64,000 nt of DNA from an uncultured Spirochaetota bacterium (GCA_963835575.1 CAWIGG010000005.1:422561-486560); one strand, 5' to 3'. Numbered from the stretch's first letter, positions 40,050 through 51,667 are shown. A program made the numbers and translations. The notes: generated from the letters alone by a model not told the origin.

Positions 40050-40544
40050 CTATTTCGGATTATCCCTGAAGAGAAATGATTTCTTTGCAGTGAAATTCCA
40101 GATATAAACAAAAAATGCTGAAATTATTTTTGATAAAAGTATCCTAACCTGTTTGTCATCAATAAAATAATATTTTTCAAAAATATAATCTGTAAAGAGC
40201 CAGATAAAAAAACCGTTCAATATAAGCCCGACACTGCCGATTACTGCGAATAAGATAAATTCGACCTTAGTGTTTTTTATATTTCTCGTTTTAAAAACCC
40301 ATCGGATGCTGAAAAAGTAATTAGTCACAAGCCCGATAATGAATGAAAGGGAGGCGGCAAGAATATAATATGTTTTGAAAAAAGGCAGAAATGTCAAAAG
40401 TATCAAGCTTCCGAAATCAAATATATAAGCCAGGCTTCCAGCCATAAAATAGCGTATGAACTGGATTATAACCTTATCGGTTTTTTCTGAAAGCAATTTT
40501 TTAAAATCAATTATTTTTATTCGATTCACTAATGCACTTTCCAT
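40050..40544 (-). CDS. GtrA family flippase-like protein
   Basis: QFIRYF..G....FDFG, NYFFSIRWVF, SKIISA...IWNF. Confidence 0.88.
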   Translation of the reverse strand: MESALVNRIKIIDFKKLLSEKTDKVIIQFIRYFMAGSLAYIFDFGSLILLTFLPFFKTYYILAASLSFIIGLVTNYFFSIRWVFKTRNIKNTKVEFILFAVIGSVGLILNGFFIWLFTDYIFEKYYFIDDKQVRILLSKIISAFFVYIWNFTAKKSFLFRDNPK

Positions 40545-41153
40545 TTATTTTGAAATCATATTTTTTAATAGTTTAATCATTTTATCATCTTTTTTCTGTT
40601 CTGCAATAGTTAAAGGCGAACAGTTGTCATTATCTTTATCATCCGGACTGGTTCCTTCTCTCATGAGAAGTTTTACTATATCATAAGACATATTTTCCAC
40701 AGCATAGTGAAGAGCTGTTTTACCGTCACTATCTTTTAGATGAATATCAGCCTTTTTCCCCAGAAATAACACGGTCATTTCCTTATTACTGCTGATAATC
40801 GATTCCATCAGCGGCGTCCATCCGTCATTATCCCTTATATTGATATCCGCGCCCCGTTCAAGCAGCAAGACCGCGCAGCTTTTCTGCCTCTTTTCCGAAG
40901 CCCATGTCAGCGCGCTCCAGCCGTCTTTATCCCTATGATCAATTAACGCGCCTTTAGTTAACAGCATCTCCAGCAGGTCAATTGAACCGGATTGCGCCGC
41001 CTTGATCAGAGGTGTTTCCCCTTCTTCATCAGTATAATTCACATCCGCTCCGTGTAAAAGATATTGATTGATCTTCCCCAAATCCTTTTTTTCGATAGAA
41101 TGCATGAATACTTCATTCATTCTTTTTTTAGATAATACTATTAAAAAAGCCAT
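40545..41153 (-). CDS. Ankyrin repeat protein
   Basis: Repeated G.TPL..A...G....LL..GADIN units. Confidence 0.9.
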   Translation of the reverse strand: MAFLIVLSKKRMNEVFMHSIEKKDLGKINQYLLHGADVNYTDEEGETPLIKAAQSGSIDLLEMLLTKGALIDHRDKDGWSALTWASEKRQKSCAVLLLERGADINIRDNDGWTPLMESIISSNKEMTVLFLGKKADIHLKDSDGKTALHYAVENMSYDIVKLLMREGTSPDDKDNDNCSPLTIAEQKKDDKMIKLLKNMISK

Positions 41154-41230
41154 AAACCATTTCCCAATTATTTTTTGAACTGAAAACAGGCATGATACTT
41201 TAGGGTTAATTTATTTATCCGCTTTCCGGA

Positions 41231-42739
41231 TTAACGGACGAATTTCACCAAAACAGGATCCAGGCCGTCATCCCGGAGCTTATTAATCATATTCTGCACA
41301 TCTGAAAGCATGATAAATTTTCCAACCCTGACGCGGTAATATTTTTTCCGGTGAATTTTTTTATAAGATTCATAAACATCATACCCTTTTTTCTTAAGCA
41401 GATTATATAGTTTGAGGGCGTTTTTTTCATTGGTAAATGAACCTGCCTGAATAGTATAATTAAACAGCACTAAATTATTTCCCTCCGGCAGCATTTGCGG
41501 TCCATTATAATTCGTAATATATATATAATTGGTTATATAATTTGTAATGATAACCCCTGTTATATTTTCATTGGATTCTTCCAGAACCATTTTATTCTCA
41601 TTTGTATTTCCCTCTTCGGCTGATACTGCTGATAAATGACTTATAAAAAATTCCTGTCCGCCCAGAGTGTTTCCTCCATCAATGCCTCTAGAACCGGAAT
41701 CCAGGCAATAAATACGGCCGCTGTCATTCCCGAAATAAAACCTGCCGTCGGCCATACATGGGCTTGATTCAATCATGTCGCCTGTTTCCAGTTCCCAGGT
41801 TTTACTCCCCTTATCAGCATCTAGGCAGTAAAATTTCTTATCATGGCTCCCGAAATAGACGCTTCCTTCCACAACACAGGGCGAGGAATCAATGTCATCC
41901 CCGGTTGTAAACTCCCATATTTTTTCGCCGGTCCGAGAATTATTGCAGTAGAATTTATTATCGAAACTGCCGAAATAAACTTTCCCGTCATAAACGGCCG
42001 GACTGGACAGTATACTTTCGCCTGTTTTAAAATCCCAGACTTCCCGGCCTGTTTCAAAATCCAGGCAATAAAGCTTGCCGTCTTTACAGCCGAAATAAAT
42101 CTTTCCTTCCGAAAAGGCGGCGCTGGAAAATATTTCCCCGCCGCATATAAACTCCCAGAGTTTTGTTCCATCTGCGGCATTCAGGCAATAAAATTTCTTA
42201 TCAAATCCGCCGAAGTAGATTTTACTATTTATAATGAGCGGGCTGGAACGGATAATGTTCTGCGTTTCAAAGTCCCAGATTTTGTTTCCTTTTTTTGCAT
42301 CAAGGCAGTACATTTTATTATCCCAGCAGCCGAAATAGATCTTATCGGCAAAAACCCGCGGACTGGACTCAATTTCGCCGCCGGCGCTGAATGACCAGAT
42401 TTTACTTCCCGCCGCCGCATCCAGGCAATACAGCATTTTATTCTGATAAGAACCGGCATATACCTTGCCGTCAGCATAAAAAGGGCTTGATAGAAACGTA
42501 TTATTGGAATTGCCTGTGCTGAAAACCCAGATAATTTCTCCTGATATAGAATTCAGACAATATAATTTATCTGATAGATTCCCGAAATACAGCTTCTGAT
42601 CCATCACACTGAGGCTGGAAACAATAATATTGCTCGATTCATGTGTCCAGAGAACAGTTCCCAGATCATTTGTTCCAACCGGAAAAACCATTCTGAAACA
42701 AAAAAAAGAAAGCGCTAAAGATATTAATAATATCCGCAT
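41231..42739 (-). CDS. Exported PQQ-type beta-propeller (BamB-like repeats) with a C-terminal SPOR domain
   Basis: About eight 40-aa SSP..DGKVYFGS.D.K.YCLD..G..IWEF repeats; YTIQAGSF..EKNA, YRVRVGKF. Confidence 0.85.
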   Translation of the reverse strand: MRILLISLALSFFCFRMVFPVGTNDLGTVLWTHESSNIIVSSLSVMDQKLYFGNLSDKLYCLNSISGEIIWVFSTGNSNNTFLSSPFYADGKVYAGSYQNKMLYCLDAAAGSKIWSFSAGGEIESSPRVFADKIYFGCWDNKMYCLDAKKGNKIWDFETQNIIRSSPLIINSKIYFGGFDKKFYCLNAADGTKLWEFICGGEIFSSAAFSEGKIYFGCKDGKLYCLDFETGREVWDFKTGESILSSPAVYDGKVYFGSFDNKFYCNNSRTGEKIWEFTTGDDIDSSPCVVEGSVYFGSHDKKFYCLDADKGSKTWELETGDMIESSPCMADGRFYFGNDSGRIYCLDSGSRGIDGGNTLGGQEFFISHLSAVSAEEGNTNENKMVLEESNENITGVIITNYITNYIYITNYNGPQMLPEGNNLVLFNYTIQAGSFTNEKNALKLYNLLKKKGYDVYESYKKIHRKKYYRVRVGKFIMLSDVQNMINKLRDDGLDPVLVKFVR

Positions 42740-42898
42740 TTTTTCATCCTCCAGGTATTTATAATTGTCGGAATTATCCTTATTACATTTAGGACGTTTT
42801 CAAATTGGTGTTTTTGCAAACGTCTAAAATATTGTACTTAAAGAAAAATATGTTCAAAATTTTTTAATTGTTTTTATTGTTTTTTAGAACTGCCTTTT

Positions 42899-43858
42899 TT
42901 ACTTTGCTTCCCAGTCAACCTGATAGCTGCCGAACATCAATGTTAGGCCCGCATAAAAAGAATCATAATACTGCCGTGAATAATTGACATCCGCATAACC
43001 GGGGAGCATAATCCAGCCTATAGAAAAACTGATCCCGTTCATTATCAGTTTAAAACTCAAATCAACATAACTGTATTGAGGAATAAAAAAGCCCCATTCA
43101 GCAGTAAAATAGATATCGCTTCTTCCAAAACCGTAATCGCTCGGAGCAATATAAAGCGGCACAAACACTGTTAATGGTAAAATGCTTCCGGCATTTGTCC
43201 CATGAATATCAAATGCCTTTGTCCCGATACCCAGCCCCAGCCGCGTGGACGGTATAAACCAGGTAAATTCTATCTGAAACAACTCCAGGCCGAACGCCAG
43301 CGGAAAGTCAAAACGGAAACCGTAAGGATAGCTCATGGGTATATTGATAAGATTGAACATTCTCGCATTAACAGGACTTGCATTTGTCAATACGGACGCC
43401 TTTATTGAAAATTCCTTTTTATAATCATGCCTCTCCCGGTATGGGGGAAGCTGCTGATTCTTTACCAGACGGATAATTCTTTCAGCCAGAACCTTCGCGC
43501 TTTCCCGTATTCCGTTTAAACTCCAGACATCTTCAGTATACACTTCATCTGACCATTGCCTTATTTTATTTGTTGTTTCTGAAATAAATATCTGTGTGGT
43601 ATATCTCTCGGACGACTGTCTGACAGCTCCGCTTATGATATAATCAGCCTGATCTAAACTGCCGTTCCCGGAAAGCTCGGCAGGGAAAAACTTTTTGTTC
43701 TTTAACGCTTGCTCCAGCCAGTTCGTATATTCATTGACAATAGAAAGATTTGTCACATTATTCATTTCAAAATTACCAAAAAGAAAAGTATAATACATTC
43801 TGGCATGGAATAGCGAAAAGCTTAAAAAAAGGAACAGAATTGAATAAATCAATCTCAT
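42899..43858 (-). CDS. Hypothetical exported/outer-membrane protein
   Basis: Signal peptide, ADYIISGAV CsgG/TolB-N-like segment, beta-strand-rich C-half. Confidence 0.6.
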   Translation of the reverse strand: MRLIYSILFLFLSFSLFHARMYYTFLFGNFEMNNVTNLSIVNEYTNWLEQALKNKKFFPAELSGNGSLDQADYIISGAVRQSSERYTTQIFISETTNKIRQWSDEVYTEDVWSLNGIRESAKVLAERIIRLVKNQQLPPYRERHDYKKEFSIKASVLTNASPVNARMFNLINIPMSYPYGFRFDFPLAFGLELFQIEFTWFIPSTRLGLGIGTKAFDIHGTNAGSILPLTVFVPLYIAPSDYGFGRSDIYFTAEWGFFIPQYSYVDLSFKLIMNGISFSIGWIMLPGYADVNYSRQYYDSFYAGLTLMFGSYQVDWEAK

Positions 43859-44125
43859 ATTTCGTTCCGCTCAACATTATTTAATAGAACCTGAGTCATA
43901 TTATACCTAAAACTCCATTCTTTCAAGAAAATTAAAGGAATTATTTTTTTAAAAAAACCAGACATTTTTCTCTAATTTATGCAATCTTTCAGCAATAGAG
44001 GAATAGAAAAATATTGAATTAATATTCAAAGCAATTTATAATAATCGCAAATCGCAGATTTTAGTGTTTTTTATTATTTTTATGAAATAAAAATAATTCA
44101 TGTATTTATTTAGAGGAGGTTATAA

Positions 44126-45043
44126 ATGAAGAAAAGTTTACAAGTGTTATTAGTATTGACTGCCCTGACCTTGATGGTTCTATTCTGGGGCTGCGCAAAA
44201 AAGAACAATGCTCCCGCGCTTACTGGCATTTCAACTAATTCCATCAGCATGATATTTAACGGCATTCCTTCCGGTTCTTTTTTGATGGGTTCTGATAAGG
44301 GCGATTCAAGTGAAAAACCGGTTCATAAGGTGGCTATTAATAACTTTTTCATGTCTAAATATGAAACCACTTATGCCAACTGGGCGAAAGTGTATACATG
44401 GGCAATGGCAAACGGATATGCTTTTGATAATACCGGCTCAATGGGTTATAACTACAAAGGCGTTTCAAATGACAACCCTGTTGTTAATGTGAACTGGTAT
44501 GATGCGGTTAAATGGTGCAACGCTCTGTCTGAAATGGAAAAAAAGACCCCTGTTTACTATACTGATGATAAATTAACCAAAGTTTATAAAACGGGTGCTG
44601 CCGATTTAAATCTTAAAAATGTGAAGTGGGACGCTAACGGCTACCGCCTGCCCACAGAAGCGGAATGGGAATACGCCTGCAGATCCGCATCAACAAACAC
44701 ATATTTCTGGGGCGATAATGCAAACGAGATGAGGAATTACACCTGGTATAAAGAAAACAGCACTTCTTCAACGCATGATGTCGGCACAAAACAGCCGAAT
44801 GACTGGAATCTTTATGATATAAACGGAAATGTCTGGGAATGGTGCTGGGATGTGTTCGGCAGCTATATTGAAAACGAAAACACCGATCCTAAAGGCCCTG
44901 CTTCCGGAACGAACAGAGTGATCAAGGGCGGCGGATGGAATTCACTCGCTGAAGATTTCAGGCCTTCGACCCGCGTTCAGTATGAACCGACATTTTATTA
45001 TAACAACATGGGCTTCCGAATTGCTGTTCCCGCAGCAAAATAA
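44126..45043 (+). CDS. FGE-sulfatase (SUMF1/EgtB/PvdO) domain lipoprotein
   Basis: FWGC lipobox, FLMGS, YRLPTEAEWEYAC, GNVWEWCWD, RVIKGGGW, GFR. Confidence 0.9.
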   Translation: MKKSLQVLLVLTALTLMVLFWGCAKKNNAPALTGISTNSISMIFNGIPSGSFLMGSDKGDSSEKPVHKVAINNFFMSKYETTYANWAKVYTWAMANGYAFDNTGSMGYNYKGVSNDNPVVNVNWYDAVKWCNALSEMEKKTPVYYTDDKLTKVYKTGAADLNLKNVKWDANGYRLPTEAEWEYACRSASTNTYFWGDNANEMRNYTWYKENSTSSTHDVGTKQPNDWNLYDINGNVWEWCWDVFGSYIENENTDPKGPASGTNRVIKGGGWNSLAEDFRPSTRVQYEPTFYYNNMGFRIAVPAAK

Positions 45044-45060
45044 TAATTATTTAATTAAAC

Positions 45061-45092
45061 GGGCGGCATTCGAAAATGCCGCCCTTTTTTTT
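45061..45092 (+). terminator. Intrinsic terminator
   Basis: GGGCGGCATT-CGAA-AATGCCGCCC followed by T8. Confidence 0.9.
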
Positions 45093-45112
45093 ATATCTTT
45101 TGTGAAAACAAA

Positions 45113-45961
45113 TTATAACTTTTCTCTGAATTCCTTGCCTTTCGTCAGATAATCAATCAGTTCTTTCCTTTTTTTATTACGGATAATATGAATCAATGTA
45201 TCTATTTCCCTTGAAAAATCAATCAGCGACCTTTCAACATTGTCTGAATTAAGAAGCGTTATATCCGCCCACATTTCCGGGTTCCCCTGGGAAATGCGCG
45301 TTGTATCGAGAAGGCCTTTTCCATAAAGGCCGAAGAAACGGACATCCGCCCACCCGTCCTTTTCAAGACATCTCGATATAGCCGAAGCTATAAGATGCGG
45401 GGCCTGGCTCGTTGAAGCGACTATTTCATCATGAAAATCGGCCGAAACGAGTACTATCTGAGCGCCCAGCGTTTTCCAGAATTCCCTGACTTCCGAGAGG
45501 ATTTCTTCAGACCCCTCTCCGATAACACCGACAATTTTTTTATCAAAGAGATCCGCCCGCGCAAATTCAAGGCCCGATTTTTCACTGCCCACCATCGGGT
45601 GCGTGCTGACAAAATGTATTCCTTTTGTATTGATTTTATTAATTTCGCTGATCACCGGCCTTTTAACACTTCCGACATCCATGACTATAACATCTTCTGA
45701 AAGGCTTTTCATGTATTTACTGAATACATCGGCTACTGTTTCAATCGGCGTGCCGATTATGAAATAATCCAGTTCTCCAATTACCTCCGAATTTTCACCC
45801 GCGATTTTATCAATCATCCCAAGCTTTTTAGCGGATTCCAGCTTGGCGGCATCTCTGCCGAAGCCGATCACTTTTGAACCGGGAATAAAAGCCTTGATAG
45901 CCAGGGCCAGGGATCCCCCTACCAAACCGAGGCCATATATGCCGAATTTCTTGCTATTCAT
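45113..45961 (-). CDS. tyrA: Prephenate dehydrogenase
   Basis: GLGLVGGSLA, DVGSVK, HPMVGSE, HD..VA.TS..PH, DTTRI. Confidence 0.92.
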   Translation of the reverse strand: MNSKKFGIYGLGLVGGSLALAIKAFIPGSKVIGFGRDAAKLESAKKLGMIDKIAGENSEVIGELDYFIIGTPIETVADVFSKYMKSLSEDVIVMDVGSVKRPVISEINKINTKGIHFVSTHPMVGSEKSGLEFARADLFDKKIVGVIGEGSEEILSEVREFWKTLGAQIVLVSADFHDEIVASTSQAPHLIASAISRCLEKDGWADVRFFGLYGKGLLDTTRISQGNPEMWADITLLNSDNVERSLIDFSREIDTLIHIIRNKKRKELIDYLTKGKEFREKL

Positions 45962-45975
45962 AACAGCTCCAGAAT

Positions 45976-46998
45976 TTATTTTAAGTTTTTACCTACATTG
46001 ATAACGGAAGCGATCTTCTTTAATTCACTCATCATAAAATTAAATCTATCGGGTTTTAGAGACTGCGCGCCGTCTGACACTGCCGTTTCCGGCTCATGAT
46101 GCACTTCCACCATAATACCGTCCGCACCGGCGACTATTGCCGCCAGCGCCATCGGAACAACATACTGCCATTTTCCAGCAGCATGGCTAGGGTCCACAAT
46201 AATAGGCAGGTGGGTTTTTTCTTTAACAACAGGTACAGCTATTAAATCCAGCGTATTGCGCGTCGCCGTTTCAAAAGTCCTTATGCCTCTTTCGCAGAGT
46301 ATGACTTCCTGATTGCCCTCCGACATGATATATTCGGCGGACATCAGCCATTCTTCAATAGTCTGCGCCATACCCCTTTTCAACACAACCGGTTTGTTCA
46401 TTTTTCCCACTTCTCTCAGCAGGGAAAAATTCTGCGCGTTCCGGGTCCCGATCTGCAGAATATCAACATACCCGGCAATCAAGCCGACTGTTGCCGTATC
46501 CATAACTTCAGTAATAACAGGCATTTTAAATTCCTTGCCGGCTTTTTTTAACAGCTTCAATCCTTCTTCCCCCATGCCCTGATAGGTATAGGGAGACGAC
46601 CGAGGTTTAAACGCGCCGCCCCTGAGGATATTTCCGCCCGCTTCTTTAATTGCGGCCGCTATCGTCATAAGCTGAGTTTCGTTTTCAATACTGCATGGGC
46701 CGGCTATAATGCCCAGACTGCCGCCGCCGATCTTTATTCCATTTACTTCAATGACCGTATCATCAGGATGAAAATCGCGGCTGGCCAGCTTGTAGGGCTT
46801 CGAGACCTGGACAATTGAATCCACGCTGGCAAGCGAGGCGATTGGAGAATCAGCCAATTTGGTTTTATCGCCTATAACTCCGATAATAGTCTGCGTTTCT
46901 CCGCTGGAAATATTGGTTTTCAGGCCAACTTTTTCAATCATGCCGACAATATGATCGATTTCCTCTTTTGTCGCCGAAGGTTTGAGTACAATAATCAT
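45976..46998 (-). CDS. aroF: DAHP synthase, type I-beta with N-terminal regulatory domain
   Basis: [36 protein letters not shown]. Confidence 0.95.
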   Translation of the reverse strand: MIIVLKPSATKEEIDHIVGMIEKVGLKTNISSGETQTIIGVIGDKTKLADSPIASLASVDSIVQVSKPYKLASRDFHPDDTVIEVNGIKIGGGSLGIIAGPCSIENETQLMTIAAAIKEAGGNILRGGAFKPRSSPYTYQGMGEEGLKLLKKAGKEFKMPVITEVMDTATVGLIAGYVDILQIGTRNAQNFSLLREVGKMNKPVVLKRGMAQTIEEWLMSAEYIMSEGNQEVILCERGIRTFETATRNTLDLIAVPVVKEKTHLPIIVDPSHAAGKWQYVVPMALAAIVAGADGIMVEVHHEPETAVSDGAQSLKPDRFNFMMSELKKIASVINVGKNLK

Positions 46999-47173
46999 GA
47001 TTTAAGTCCTCCCCGAATTCCTTTTAAGCCGGTTTCGGTTATTATAAGAAAAATAAAAAAAAAAAACAAATTATCATTGATTTTCATATAAATTGAAGGC
47101 CCGCTATCATTGATAAAATAGGACAAAATGTGTTATAATATGAGCCCTTTGCAAAACATTCAGGAGGAAACAA

Positions 47174-48439
47174 ATGAGTTATTCGAAATTAAAAGGGACA
47201 TACGATATACCTCCAGTTGAGTCCGATTTTTATAAATATATCAGCTCCAATGTGGAAAAAATCCTCGACAATTATGGATATAAAAATATTTCTTTCCCGG
47301 TCATCGAGTATGCCGATTTGTTTACAAGGGGCGCGGGAGAAACTTCCGATATTGTCGTAAAAAAAGAAATGTATATTTTTGAAGACCGGGGCGGCCGCAT
47401 GATAGCTTTAAGGCCGGAAGGCACCGCGTCGGCTGTCAGACTCTATCTGGAAAACGGCCTTTCCATGCAGGGATATTCGGCCAGGATGTATTACAACGGG
47501 CCGATGTTCCGCGCGGAAAACCCGCAGGCCGGAAGGTACCGCCAGTTTGTCCAGTACGGCGTCGAATATATAGGCGACCCGAATCCCTGCGCCGATATAG
47601 AGCTGATACAGCTCAATAAGGATTTTTTTGAAGCGCTGGAAATTACCGATTATACAATCTATATCAATTCGATCGGGTGCCGGGAATGCCGCCCTGTTTA
47701 CCTGAAAGCATTAAAGGAATATTTTAAAGATAAAGCGGCAAAAATGTGCCGCGACTGCCGGAAGCGTTATGAAACAAACGTCCTGCGTATTCTCGACTGC
47801 AAGGAAGAAGGGTGCAGGGAAGTTATTAAAGGAGCGCCTTCGGGGTTGGAATCACTCTGCCCGGAATGCAGGACGCACTTCAGCGAAGTTCAGAAAGGGC
47901 TGAAGGGTTTAAATATTTCCTATCAAATCGATGAAAGGCTCGTGAGGGGCCTTGATTATTATAACCGCACCGTTTTTGAGATAAAATCCGCCGTCCTCGG
48001 CGCGCAGAGCACCGTTTCCGCAGGCGGGCGCTATGATTACCTTGTAAAAGAGCTGGGAGGTATGGAAACTCCGGCGGCCGGCTTTGCCTTCGGTATGGAG
48101 AGGCTGGCGGCTGTTCTGGAGCAGACCAGAGCCGTCTCAAAAAAGGATTTTTACAAGCCGCCCCTGATTTACGCCGCTTTCATCGGCGAGGAGTACAGGG
48201 AAAAGGCAATGGAAATTATTTCCTCACTGCGCAGGCAGGGTTATTCGGCCGTAACGGAGTACCGCTATTCGGCGCTGAAAAAGCATCTGAAGTCAGCCGA
48301 TTCGATGAAAGCAAAATACGCTCTTTTTATCGGCGAAGATGAAGTCAAAAGCGGGAACTATACTTTGAGAAATCTTTCCAACGGCGAACAGAAACAGGGC
48401 AAATTAGAGGAAATAATCAAGATGATAGAAAAAATATAA
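47174..48439 (+). CDS. hisS: Histidine-tRNA ligase
   Basis: LRPEGTA, GRYRQF.Q, LVRGLDYY, GGRYD, GFAFGMER. Confidence 0.96.
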   Translation: MSYSKLKGTYDIPPVESDFYKYISSNVEKILDNYGYKNISFPVIEYADLFTRGAGETSDIVVKKEMYIFEDRGGRMIALRPEGTASAVRLYLENGLSMQGYSARMYYNGPMFRAENPQAGRYRQFVQYGVEYIGDPNPCADIELIQLNKDFFEALEITDYTIYINSIGCRECRPVYLKALKEYFKDKAAKMCRDCRKRYETNVLRILDCKEEGCREVIKGAPSGLESLCPECRTHFSEVQKGLKGLNISYQIDERLVRGLDYYNRTVFEIKSAVLGAQSTVSAGGRYDYLVKELGGMETPAAGFAFGMERLAAVLEQTRAVSKKDFYKPPLIYAAFIGEEYREKAMEIISSLRRQGYSAVTEYRYSALKKHLKSADSMKAKYALFIGEDEVKSGNYTLRNLSNGEQKQGKLEEIIKMIEKI

Positions 48440-48501
48440 AGCCTCATACATTCAATGAACCTTTAGAACGGCTTTATATGCAGCAAAACCGGAGAATATA
48501 A

Positions 48502-49704
48502 ATGGACAAAAAAATAAATACAATGGAAACTGAAGACAAATACCTGGCGCCTTTCGGCGTTAAAATACCGATAGCCGTTAAAAAAGGAAAAGGCGTTATA
48601 GTGTGGGACGAGGACGGAAAAAAATACATCGACTTTACATCTGGCTGGGGCGTCACGGCCCTCGGCCACGCGAGCCCCGTCATCACAAAAGCCCTGATCA
48701 GGCAGAGTAAACTTGTGATCCAGAGCCCCGAAGCCTGGCTGACCTACTCTCCAGCCAGGGCAAACCTGCTGGAACTTCTGCATAAAGTATTACCGGAGAA
48801 TTTAAAATACATCTATTTTTCCAGCAGCGGCTGCGAGGCGAACGACGCCGCACTGAAGCTGGCCAGGAAGGCTTCAGGTAAAATAAAAGTGATCGCGGCT
48901 TTGAACGGCTTCCATGGACGCACCATCGGCACCATGTCGGCGACAGGCCAGGAAGACCTCCGCGGTCGCTTCAAGCCTCTCATTGAGGATTTTACCTTTG
49001 TGCCCTTTAACGATATCAAGGCGATGGAAAAAGCCGTTGACAATAATACCGCGGCCGTCATCCTGGAGCCGATCCAGGGAGAGGGGGGAATTATTGTCCC
49101 GGCCGAAGGCTATCTGAAAAAGACAGCCGAGCTCTGCAAAAAACACAACGCCTATTTCATCGCCGATGAGATACAGACAGGCTTTTTCCGCACCGGCAAA
49201 GCCTTCTATCTGGATTATGAAGGCGTCAGGCCGGACATATTGACGATGGCCAAAGGCATAGCCGGAGGGTTCCCGTTCGCGGCTTTCGCTCTCACAGAGG
49301 AACTTATGAAAAAGCTTACAAAAGGCGACCACGGCGGGACATACTGCGGAAATGCTCTGGGCTGCGCCGTTTCTTACGCTGTGATCAAATATATGCTGGA
49401 CAAAAATATCGAAAAGAACGTCAACACTGTCGGGGAAAAGACATTTATGATCTTAAAAGAACTGCAGGGCGAGTTCCCGGGGTTAATCAAGGAAGTTCGC
49501 GGCAAAGGACTTCTCCTCGCGCTGGAATTAAACAGCGCGGACACGGCTGACCGGGTCAAAACATTCTGCAGGAATAACGGTCTGATCGTCAATATAAAGC
49601 ATGGCAATATCGTCCGTGTTTTCCCGGCGCTGAACATTACAATGAAAGAGATGGAAAAAGGGCTTTCGATCCTGAAAAAAGCGCTTATAAATATTGGACA
49701 TTAA
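48502..49704 (+). CDS. argD: Acetylornithine aminotransferase (class III)
   Basis: SGCEANDAALKLAR, FHGRT, EPIQGEGG, DEIQTG, MAKGIAGG, HGGTY.GN. Confidence 0.85.
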   Translation: MDKKINTMETEDKYLAPFGVKIPIAVKKGKGVIVWDEDGKKYIDFTSGWGVTALGHASPVITKALIRQSKLVIQSPEAWLTYSPARANLLELLHKVLPENLKYIYFSSSGCEANDAALKLARKASGKIKVIAALNGFHGRTIGTMSATGQEDLRGRFKPLIEDFTFVPFNDIKAMEKAVDNNTAAVILEPIQGEGGIIVPAEGYLKKTAELCKKHNAYFIADEIQTGFFRTGKAFYLDYEGVRPDILTMAKGIAGGFPFAAFALTEELMKKLTKGDHGGTYCGNALGCAVSYAVIKYMLDKNIEKNVNTVGEKTFMILKELQGEFPGLIKEVRGKGLLLALELNSADTADRVKTFCRNNGLIVNIKHGNIVRVFPALNITMKEMEKGLSILKKALINIGH

Positions 49705-49993
49705 ATATTGATAAATAAAGGCGGCGAGAGGCGCGCCTCATTCGAATCGCCGCCTTATTAAATTAAAGCTTTATATTACCGGGCAGCCACAAAAAATTGG
49801 TTTTTGGAGCTGCCATTAATCATATTTAAAAAGGGAGCGCATCCCAATAGCAATGCCCATATTTAAAAGAGCGGGCAGCAGGATTTAAATTGCCATAGCC
49901 TGCCTTTTCTCTCCGGGCTTACACTCCCCAACTTATAACTTTGTGCTTAAATTAGCTGTCCCTCACCATTTTGTTAGCATTACCGGCACTGCT

Positions 49994-51667
49994 TTACTTT
50001 GATTCGTACACGGCGCCCTTGTTGGCCGATGTGACGATCTTGGAATAGCGCGCCACATAGCCGCTCAATATCTTGGGCGGATGAGGAACCCAGCTTTTTC
50101 TTCTCTTCTGGATCTCGTCATCTGAGACGAGAAGGTTTATCTTTTTATTGGGAATATCTATTTCAATCTTATCACCTTCTTCCACCAGCCCGATCAGGCC
50201 GCCCGAAGCCGCCTCGGGGGAAATATGCCCGATGGACGCGCCCTTTGTCGCGCCGCTGAAACGGCCGTCCGTGATCAGAGCGACGTCTTTATCCAGCCCC
50301 ATACCGGCAACAGAAGAAGTCGGCGAGAGCATTTCGCGCATTCCGGGGCCGCCCTTCGGCCCTTCATAGCGGATGACGACGACATCGCCCTTCTTTATTT
50401 TACTGCCCAGTATCGCCTTACTGGCCTCTTCCTCGCTGTTGAATACGCGGGCCGGGCCTGTGTGCTTCATCATCTCCGGAGCGACCGCGGCCTGCTTGAC
50501 AATAGCGCCTTCAGGAGCGAGATTTCCCGTTAAAACGGCAAGTCCGCCCGTTTCATGAACAGGCTTGTCGATCGGGCGGATGACATCATAATTCTTCACG
50601 CCGGCCTTGCTTTCCTTGAGCGTTTCGCCGAGCGTTTTGCCCGAAACCGTCATTGCATCAAGATGGATCAATTTCTTTTTGGCCAATTCCGACAGAACCG
50701 CCGGAACTCCTCCTGCGTAATAAAGATCAAGGATATGATGAGTGCCTGCCGGCGCCATTGAGGTCAGGTGCGGGATCTTTTCCGTAAAGGGCGCGAAATC
50801 TTTCAATTCCAGGCTGACATCGCCGTAATAAGCGATTGCCGGAAGATGCAGGGCTGTATTTGTCGAGCCGCCCAACGCCATATCAAGGGCAACGGCGTTC
50901 TCAAACGCTTTTTTTGTCATAATGTCGCGCGGTTTGATGTCCTTTTCCACCAGCTCGACTATCTTCAAGCCCGCTTTTTTAGCGAGCATTTCCCTTTCGG
51001 AAAACACGGCGGGGATGCTCCCGTTAAAAAAGAGGCCTATGCCGAGGGCTTCGCTCAGGTTCGACATTGTGTTGGCCGTAAACATGCCCGCGCATGAGCC
51101 CGCACCGGGACAGGCCTCGCATTCCAGCCGGTGCAGTTCCTCATCCGAGATCGCGTTGATGGCCTTCTTTCCTATGCCGATAAAAACATCATTCAGGTCT
51201 AGCTGGTCGTCCCTGCCGACATTGCCGGGAAGCATCGGCCCGCCGCTTAAAAAAATCGAAGGCACATTCACACGCATGGCGGCGATCATCATCCCGGGAA
51301 TGATCTTATCGCAGGAAGCGATCAAAACAAGCCCGTCGAACTGGTAGGCCTGCGCCATTGTCTCAACGGAATCCGCGATGAGCTCGCGCGAAGGCAGGGA
51401 ATATTTCATACCGACATGCCCCATGGCGATTCCGTCGCAAATGCCGATCGTATTGAACTCCATCGGCATGCCGCCGGCGGCGTAAATACCGTGCTTGACG
51501 GCGTCGGCGAGTTTATTTAAATGAATATGCCCCGGAATGCATTCATTAAAGGAGTTCACGATACCAATTATGGGACGTTTTATTTCCCAATCGTCAAACC
51601 CCATTGCCCGGAACAGGGACCTGTGGGGCGCTCTCTGAAAACCGGCTTTTACCATGTCGCTGCGCAT
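49994..51667 (-). CDS. ilvD: Dihydroxy-acid dehydratase
   Basis: [45 protein letters not shown]. Confidence 0.97.
   Translation of the reverse strand: MRSDMVKAGFQRAPHRSLFRAMGFDDWEIKRPIIGIVNSFNECIPGHIHLNKLADAVKHGIYAAGGMPMEFNTIGICDGIAMGHVGMKYSLPSRELIADSVETMAQAYQFDGLVLIASCDKIIPGMMIAAMRVNVPSIFLSGGPMLPGNVGRDDQLDLNDVFIGIGKKAINAISDEELHRLECEACPGAGSCAGMFTANTMSNLSEALGIGLFFNGSIPAVFSEREMLAKKAGLKIVELVEKDIKPRDIMTKKAFENAVALDMALGGSTNTALHLPAIAYYGDVSLELKDFAPFTEKIPHLTSMAPAGTHHILDLYYAGGVPAVLSELAKKKLIHLDAMTVSGKTLGETLKESKAGVKNYDVIRPIDKPVHETGGLAVLTGNLAPEGAIVKQAAVAPEMMKHTGPARVFNSEEEASKAILGSKIKKGDVVVIRYEGPKGGPGMREMLSPTSSVAGMGLDKDVALITDGRFSGATKGASIGHISPEAASGGLIGLVEEGDKIEIDIPNKKINLLVSDDEIQKRRKSWVPHPPKILSGYVARYSKIVTSANKGAVYESK

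Noticed and set aside
44126..45043. FGE-sulfatase lipoprotein as a diversity-generating retroelement target
   Set aside because: The fold fits, but there is no template repeat copy of its 3' end and no reverse transcriptase in the window
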